A stretch of DNA of 64,000 nucleotides from the human T2T-CHM13v2.0 reference genome, Homo sapiens, in NCBI RefSeq assembly GCF_009914755.1, contig NC_060936.1; one strand, 5' to 3'. The notes under the pieces were generated by a model. It ran no database searches. It saw only the letters and a list, made by a program, of their open reading frames with translations, and was not told the DNA's origin. This document shows positions 56,000 to 64,000 of the stretch, piece after piece. A program made the translations under genes and the position numbers. How positions within the stretch are numbered: the stretch's first letter is position 1; each line of letters begins with the position of its first letter.

Positions 56000-57537
56000 C
56001 TTCCACGCACACAGCCCCATACATGATCTCAGCATCAGAGCACCCATCCCCCGGGACTCAGCCAGGCTGTCATAGGGGATGATGGCAGTCAGAGCTCAGA
56101 GAACTCACCCTGAGGATCTGAGATTAGGTTGGCTCAGTGCCAGGGACATCTCATTAAGACAGTCACACACCTCCTCATGAGAGCACAGCCTCCTGGGATG
56201 GCACAGTTCATGTGCAAAGCTCAGCAGCGTCATCAGATGAAGGCAGGGCCCTGAGGAGTCTGGGCACCCCACCAGCTGCATTTCTGATCATTGGTTTTCC
56301 TGCAGGCAGTCCCGGAGCGGGAGCCAGGGCAATGAGATGTTTAATTGCAGCCTTGCCCCTGACAACAAAGCTGCCCACCCCCTGCCTGGTGGTCCTGCCT
56401 GCAGAGATGTGGCCCACTCAGGCCTCCAAGATGTCTAGGATAACTTCATAAGGGCTCAGCTGCCTCTACTTATAAATTCACCCCAAAGTCTCCTGATGAC
56501 CTGGGAAGTGACCAGAGCTCCCATGGTGCTGTTGACTTGTATAGAGACAGAACTTCTCACAGAAGCACAACCTGGATCTAATTCCCAACGCTGGGCCCCA
56601 CCCTGGCTGCTGCAATCCACTCAAATGAACACACGTCCCTTGATTTGCACAGTGGTGTCCTAGGCCAGGTCAAGACATTCTAGCTCCTGGAAATGCGGTG
56701 TGTTAGGAGGGCCTTTCCCAAACATGATTACCTCAGAGAGGGTTCTTGCCGTCTTGCTCGTGATGTGTTTATAATTGCTGGGAGCAGATTCCTCCCATTG
56801 TCCCCAGGACACAGCAGAGGCCCCAACCTGCCCCATAGCCCAGAATCAGCACCACACACTCAGGCATCATGGAGTGACTGAGGTGATTCCCTGCAGGGGC
56901 TCCGGGGGCTTCCACCCACTCACAATAAACCCACACCATGTCCCATGGACTGTGAGGCCCCCATGGCCCAGGCTCCATCTCCCCCTCTGTTTATTTTGCT
57001 TCAGCCTCTCTGGCCATCTTGCTGTTCCTTGAATGCTCCAAGCTCACTCCACCCCAGGGCCTTTGCATTGCTGTGACACCTGTCTGAACACTGCTCACAA
57101 CCCTCATGCTTCCCCTCCCCAGTGAGTGTCTACTCAGAGAGGCCTTCCTTGACCTCTCATTGAATGCAGCCTCCTCACACCAAGTCACACTCACATCACC
57201 ATCTTGATGGTCTTCATGATACTTGTCACTGTCTAAAAGTATTTGCCTATTAGTTTATGGTGTTGTTTCTGAGTCCACTGCTTATGGGACGAGGCGCTTG
57301 CTCTGAATCCCAGCACTAGCACATCCTGTGTGCTTTTAGGAAGGTGACCTAACTTCTCTGTGCCTCAGTTTCTCATTTATCAAATGGAGATCATGAGCAC
57401 TTACCTCAGGTGATGTCGTGTCAGTTGAGTGACCTGACATATGGGAGGTGCCCAGAATAGCATCTGTTGCATATTAAGGGCTGTGTAATGTTTACTCAGA
57501 TTGCTACTACTGTGCCTGCTTCCTCTGCTGACACTGT

Positions 57538-57968
57538 CATGATCACCATTATCACCATCACCACCATCACCACCATTATCATCGTCACCATCACCATCAC
57601 CTTAATTATCACCATCACTGCCATCACCATTACCATCACCACCATATCACCACATCACCATCATCATCATCACATCACCATCATCATCATCATATCACCA
57701 TCATCATCATCACCATCATCATCACCATCACCATAAGCAGCACTGCCATCATCCCATCACCATTACCATTATCTCATCACCATCACCAACACCATCACCA
57801 TCATCACCATCATCCCATCACCATCACTCTCATTACCATCATTATCACCATCATCATCCCATCATCATCACCATCATTACCATCATGACAATCATCACCA
57901 TCCCCATCACAACCATCAACATCACCATCATGACCATCATCATCACCAACACCATCATCACCATCATT
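57538..57968. repeat. (CAT/CAC)n trinucleotide repeat
   Basis: ~430 bp of degenerate catcaccat, following L2/MIR relics (~56900-57480). Confidence 0.95.
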
Positions 57969-59438
57969 CCATTAGGGAGCACAAGCTCAGTGTGACCTGT
58001 GAGCTGTTAGTTCACTCTTCTCAGCATCTGGATCTGTGTCTGGCACATAGGATACAGGTAGGGTATTTATTGAATGAACATGGGAGTTATAAAATGAGTA
58101 CCTGGGCAAATATCCAGGTTGCGGTGGAATTCTGCTGCAGTGCCAGCATTACAGGGAATAGACAACTAATTGCTGGAGCCTGACATTACAGGATCAAAAA
58201 TAAAAACCACCCTTCTGCCCACTCTGGATGCTCTCCTCGCCTGGCCTTCACTCCCGGCACCCTCTGAGTCACGCGGGGCTCCCTGCAGCCTCATTGATTA
58301 AATGCCCAGACACACCTCCTGATGGATTTTGTATCAATACATCCTGCCCTGGAAGCAGGCTTGGGCAGGAAAGCTCACTAAATAAAGACATCCAGTGACA
58401 GGTTTGTGAGCCTGGGCGCAGGGAGGCAGGGGAGGGAGCTTCCATCTCATCAACCGAGGCCAGAGGAGGCCGAGCAGGAGATGTGGGGCCTGAAGCCTGC
58501 GCTGGCTCTGAGTTAGAGAAGCCTGGCTCCCGAGAGCTGATTCTGGTGAGGAGCCCTGAGGTGGTTCAGAACTTCAAAGGAGGCTGGGAATGTCAGTCAA
58601 GTTCTGAGTTTCCATCCCATCTGCCTGGAGAGGGCCAGGAAGAAGAGGTGGGGAGGATGTAGGGGTGGCTGTCCACAGTGCCTGGCAACCAGGACATCAG
58701 ACAACATTGTTCATACAATTTAGCCCTCTGGGTTACAGTAGGAATTTGGTTATCTAATATTAATAATACTTTACTAAACCAGATCAAGAAAATATATGTC
58801 TATGTATCATTCATGCTTCCAATAGAAAATTATCATGGAAAATCGTACTTATACCTCCCTTTGATACGTGTTTGTTAAATTGTTAATATCCTTGCACATC
58901 TTACACCCCAGCAAATGATACAGATCTTTCCTCAGGATTCTCTTCTTTGGATTTTGAAAGTTCAGTGGGGTCCTCAGGTTTTCACATATGCCCAGGGGGG
59001 CCGGTCTCCGCCGGCACTCAGCTCCCAATCACTTCATTCATTTCTTCAACGCACACAGCCGGCCTCTATTCTGCTCGGGGAACACCATGAGTTGGGAGGG
59101 AGCTTTGCTCTTGATTTCCCAAAGGAAGCTGGGGAGAGAGGGAGAAAGAGAGAAGGAGACAGAGAGAGAGGGGAAAGTGGGTTTTCCTTGGGGGAACACA
59201 GGTGCTGTCGAAAAATGCAGCCGAGTATTCGGGTTCACAGTGCTTACCAGGGACCATAGGATTCGTGCCAGGCAGGCTCCCCATCTGCAAATCAGATGAA
59301 CTTGGCCAAGATGGACAGGGAACTGCAGGTTGGAGAGGAGGCCAGAGAGAAGGGCCTTATCCCATGACTCTGTGCTGGGTACAAAGGTGGGTAGACCTGA
59401 CGGGCCCTGGCTCTTCCCAGGTGGAGATTCATATCAAA

Positions 59439-59582
59439 CCCACACCCACCCTCCATATCACACCACACCCACACCTCATATCACACCACACCCATCCTCC
59501 ATATCACACCACATCCACCCTCCATATCACTCCACACCCACCCTCCATATCACACCCACACCCACCCCCACATCACACCATG
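59439..59582. repeat. ~21-23-bp C/A-rich minisatellite
   Basis: About six cacacccaccctccatatcacac-like units. Confidence 0.88.
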
Positions 59583-62007
59583 CCCACCCCCTATGCCCTG
59601 GCCCCCGGGATGGAAGGTGGGCTGGGCAGGGCGACTCTGACTGATGGACGCTTCTGGATGTTCTCCACGTGCTGCCTCTTAGTCCTGGTCTCTGACCTTG
59701 GAAACAGAACACAGGGGCTGTGGCCCACAGATGCCACTAATATTTTCTGTTGCGTTTGTCAAGGGAAGCCACAGTTGGAGATTGGGACTGGAGAAAGGGA
59801 AGCTTTTCCACCCCTGCAGGGAGGGAGACTCATCCCAGGTCGCACGGACTCCCAGACGCAGAAAGCCCCCCTCTGCACACCTGGGCATGTGGCCTGGGGT
59901 CACCCTTGCCCCGGGTTCCCAACGCCTCCTCTCTGCCCAACGCCACTCCCATTCCCCCCTAGAAATGGACTCAGAGCTGCCTGAATCTGCAGAGCTCCCA
60001 GAGATGAAGCCGCTCCTGACAGCCACTCACAGTAACAAGGGCAGAGCCCAGGGAAAAATGCACCATCACGGGGAAGACTCTGCAGGGACAGGGCAGACCC
60101 GAGTCCCGTTGGGTCCCAACCCTGGCCGCCTGCCCTGCATCAGAGGTTCCCAAAGCGGCAGACACGGGCACCCCTGGGAAAGGCAGCCTCCACCTCAGCG
60201 TTCGGCTCTGGACAGGGATGAACAAACATGTGCACCTGAAGCCCTCCCCTCCCCCTGCCAAGCTGTTTCGAAGGCAGGTGGTCTGCAAGCCACCCCTGGG
60301 GAACATGTCCCCGGCCACACCAGGGCCACACCTCAATACCTCCTCCCTGGGACTGAGCTGGGAAGATATCTGGGGCTGGCACGGAAGAGTGTGAGCCCAG
60401 GAGCAGTTTGTCACCTGGGTCATTACAAGGAGGATGCGTCCCTTGGAATCAACAGTAGCTCTTTAGGACAAGGGAAAATTGTTGTCCAAATAACTTGGCA
60501 TCTTAGCAACCATGGAACATTGCTTCATCCTGTCCTTGACAGGGATGTCTTGTCACTTAATTTCAAATCCCTGCCAGAGAGCTTTTGAAATATGGTCTGT
60601 GTGTCCACTGTATTACAGATGTGCACACTGTTTGCACACACCTGTGTATTAGTGGCACTAGCGTTTTACCAGGAAAATGCTGGGAACCTTTAGGCAGCCA
60701 GGACTGCTATCAGCACAGGTCATTTTCCTCTCACCATCACATTAACTGGGAGCATTAAATGGCCACGTAAAAGTCACAGCCGTCGCTGGGAAGGACAGTG
60801 TCCTCACCCACCCGTGTGCTCTGGAAGTCAAAGCGGAACATGATGGAACATGATCTACGGGTGGAAGGCAGCCTGTGCTCCCCACTGTTACTAAATTAAC
60901 CGGCCTGGCGGTGAGCGCAAGCATTGAATTATTGAACGCAGAAATGCTGGCCCCATTTAAGCGGACTTCCTGTAAAGTCAGTGCTGGGGAAAAAGGTCAC
61001 AGCAGAAACCGCGTGGAGATGAAAGAAACTCACACAGAGGCTTGGCCCAGTGGTCGCGTGCCACAGCCAGAGGAAGAAGAGTGCAAACATCTGATACTAG
61101 AGGAGCAGAGAACCCCAGCTCCCCAACTCACTGTCGGCCATGGGTCCCAGCCTCAGAGGGGTTTTTGTTCCAATTCCTGAGGGAGGATCCTGAAGCAACG
61201 CTGATCTGATAGGAGCTTCCGAGAGGAATCTCAGCCAACACCCATTCTTTCTACAGCTGCTCCGGCACCTGCTAACCTGGTTCTAAGGATCTGTCTCCTC
61301 ACTGTGACCATGCCAGGGTGCAGGTGGCCCACCAACGACATGAAAATGCCACATGCCATCCACGTAGGGTCGCTGGGCTATTTGAACTTGAGTTCTCTAT
61401 TCTAGGTTTAGATTTTGGAGACAGAAATGAACCCTAGATCTTCAGACCTCAGTCCAGGACTCTTCCTGACTGTGAACCGATTTCAGACCAAATTTCTTCC
61501 CTCAGGAAACTGAAGCAGCCACCCAGCCTCCAGCCTCCAGGCCTCCAGCGTGGCGTGGCTGTGTCTGCCTCAGTGGCTTGGCTGTGATTGGTGAGGCTCT
61601 CCTCACTTCTGTCTTCACTAAGCTGAGATTCTCTGTCTCTAGGAGCCTCGCCCATGAATCAACACAGTGAAGTGAGACCCAGTTGTCCACACAGACCCCA
61701 GGCGAGAGCCTGCTGTGATGGCCTCTACCAACGGGAAGGCGGTGCTCTTCTCCAGAGGCTGAGAACAAATCCCCTTTCTCCAGGACAGAACTTCAGCGCC
61801 CATGGCTAGGGCTTACAGCTCTTTCCCACAGCCTGGCCTTGAGGACCCCAGCTGGGGACCCCATGAGCTGCCCTCAGGGGTCTGAGCCCAAAGGCTGGCA
61901 GGTGGGGCAGATCTGGTCTGGGGCCCTGGGAGGGATGCTGGTGGGCTCTCTGCTCTCCCTTTGGCTGCATCCTCTGCCCATGGGAAGGGACCTGCCCGTG
62001 TCTGGGG

Positions 62008-62464
62008 TGTGAACCTAGAAAATCTGAAGCAGGTCTCAGTTAATTTAGAAAGTTTATTTTGCCAAGGTTGAGGACGCGCCCGGGACCCAGCCTCAGGAAG
62101 TCCTGATGACATGTGCCCAAAGTGGTCGGGCACAGGTTGGTTTTACACATTTTAGGGAGACATGAGACATTAATCAATATGGGTAAGAAGTATATTGTTT
62201 CCTTCTGGAAAGACGGCACAACTGGAAGCAAAGGCGGGAAGACTCGAAGTGGGGAGGGGGCTTCCAGGTCACAGGTAGATTAGACACAAATGGTTACATT
62301 CTTTGGAGTTTCTGATTAGCCTTTCCAAAGGAGGCAGATCAGATATGCATCTATCTCAGGGAGCCGAGGAGTGGCTTTGAATAGAATGGGGCAGGTTTGC
62401 CCGAGCAGTTCCTAGCTTGACTTTTCCTGAGTGATTTTGGGGCCCAAGATATTCTCCTTTTCCA
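62008..62464 (-). mobile_element. MER4A-like solo LTR (ERV1)
   Basis: tgtgaacctagaaaatctga...agtttattttgccaaggttgaggac...gacatgtgcccaa...cattttagggagacatgagaca. TSD gggg/aggg. Confidence 0.88.
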
Positions 62465-62687
62465 AGGGGAAGGGAGTTAGGGCCAGCATCCGTGGTCAGG
62501 AGGCTGCCTCTGTTCCCACAGCTCCTGTCCTTAGCACTGCCCACACCCCATGAACTCAGGGCCCACCGTAGGGCGGAAGCTGTGTCATCCTTGCTCGCAC
62601 CTGCACCCGTCACCTGGTGAGCGGCACTGGAGACACAGCCCTGAGTGTGGGCATGGACTCCCCAGGGCCTCAGCATCCTGCTGTGCA

Positions 62688-63243
62688 GGTCACCTCCAGG
62701 ACACCAGTGTCGTCTCTGCTGTGCTGTGGGGTCACCTCCAGCTCAGCCTGGGGACTCAGGACACCAGTGTCGTCTCTGCTGTGCTGTGGGGTCACCTCCA
62801 GCTCAGCCTGGGGACTCAGGACACCAGTGTAGCCTCTGCTCTCCTGCGGGGTCACCTCCAGCCTAGCCTGGGACTCGGGACACCAGTGTAGCCTCTGCTC
62901 TGCTGTGGGGTCACCTCTGGCTCAGCCCGGGGACTTGGGACACCAGTGTTGTCCCAGCTCTGCTGCGGGGTCACCTCCAGCCTAGCCCAGGACTCGGGAC
63001 ACCAGTGTTGTCTCTGCTCTGCTGTGGGGTCACCTCCAGCCTAGCCCAGGACTCGGGACACCAGTGTTGTCTCTGCTCTGCTGTGGGGTCACCTCCAGCC
63101 TAGCCCGGGACTCAGGACACCAGTGTAGCCTCTGCTCTGCTCTGGGGTCACCTCCAGTCCAGCCCGGGGACTCGGGACACCAGTGTAGCCTCTGCTGTGC
63201 TGTGGGGTCATCTCCGGCTCAGCCCAGGACTCGGGACACCAGT
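62688..63243. repeat. 59-60-bp VNTR, ~9 units
   Basis: Anchor ggacaccagt at 62699, 62759, 62819, 62878, 62938, 62997, 63056, 63115, 63175 and 63234. Confidence 0.96.
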
Positions 63244-64000
63244 CCTGAGTCACGCAGGGCTTGTTGCCTGTGCTCTGCTGCTGTAACTTCCAGCTTCAGC
63301 TGCAGGAGGAGGAGGAGTTGGGACATCAGGAAAAAGGAATTGAGCTCCTTTGTAGAAAAGCTCAGAGGTTTCCAGAACGCAAAGCAGGCCTCCTGCCTCA
63401 GAGCACACCCTGCAGTTAGAATAGCAAAGCACTGGCTTCCTGAACCCCAGCCCCAGTGGGCGCTCTGCCTTGGGGAGCAGCAGACTCCAGGCTTCAGGGT
63501 GAGAACTCTCTTCTCTGCTTGCATTATAAATGTGGATCTAACAATTACAGCTGATTAGCATGCAAAAGACAAACATTTGGCAGAGGCTCCTTTCACCTCT
63601 AATGGTTCCCATCTGAGCTGCCCAAATGGTCGCCTGGCACCTGATTTGAGTGGGCCCAGGGGGTTTGCTCTGCCCCACGGCTGCAGGGGGGAGATGGGGG
63701 AGGCCCGTGAGGGAGGCAGCAGCTGGAGCCCAGAGGACTCCAGGCCTGTGGTTCCTTCTGTCCGAGGCCCCAGGTTTGCCTTTTCCCCAGGTTTCAGAGT
63801 CTTCCCGCACTTGTTGAGTGATGCCCAGGATATTTTGTCGTGAAAGGAAGGAGCCAGGAGGGCGGCACTGCTCTGTCTTGGCAGGAACCGGAGGACCTGT
63901 CTGGCTGATTTTTGTGTGGCTGTTGTAGCTGTAGCTTTGATGGTTGTGCTTAGGTTTTGGGGTACAGCAAGGTCACTCGGTGTACTGTCACCCAGCCCAT

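Noticed and set aside
59202-60588. 260-aa and 296-aa overlapping ORFs
   Set aside because: No recognisable domain, GC-rich low-complexity composition, part runs through a minisatellite, and several frames are open at once.
62688-63243. CRISPR-like periodicity (also at 21167 and 37735)
   Set aside because: Whole units repeat with no unique spacers, there are no cas genes, and the DNA is human.

Overview
This is GC-rich human genomic DNA: it carries AluYa5 and AluYb-lineage insertions, which are essentially human-specific. It reads as intergenic or deep intronic sequence. I find no supportable protein-coding gene, RNA gene or CRISPR array, and the ORF track is explained by GC content, Alus, LTRs and simple repeats. 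About 11 Alu-family elements are present, along with several solo LTRs (THE1A, LTR12C, MER4D, MER4A, LTR10, THE1D, MST, MER50, MLT1), decayed L1/HAL1/L2/MIR copies and DNA transposon relics. There is also an unusually dense set of local tandem duplications and minisatellites. I cannot name the locus, and repeat subfamily calls come from recalled consensus sequences, so they need RepeatMasker/Dfam confirmation. I do not see a demonstrable new biological system. The best leads are: (1) tandem repeats that multiply regulatory motifs, namely a 14-bp minisatellite of RBPJ/CSL sites, a 1.3-kb L2-seeded satellite dense in TGCATG (RBFOX) and GTGAGT (5' splice site) words, and a GC/GT-box and RUNX array beside a CpG-rich segment; (2) an LTR12C with a duplicated GATA+TATA module; (3) an apparently unmutated AluYb intermediate lacking three Yb8 diagnostic changes; (4) an old Alu sitting inside a near-identical 76-bp tandem repeat.
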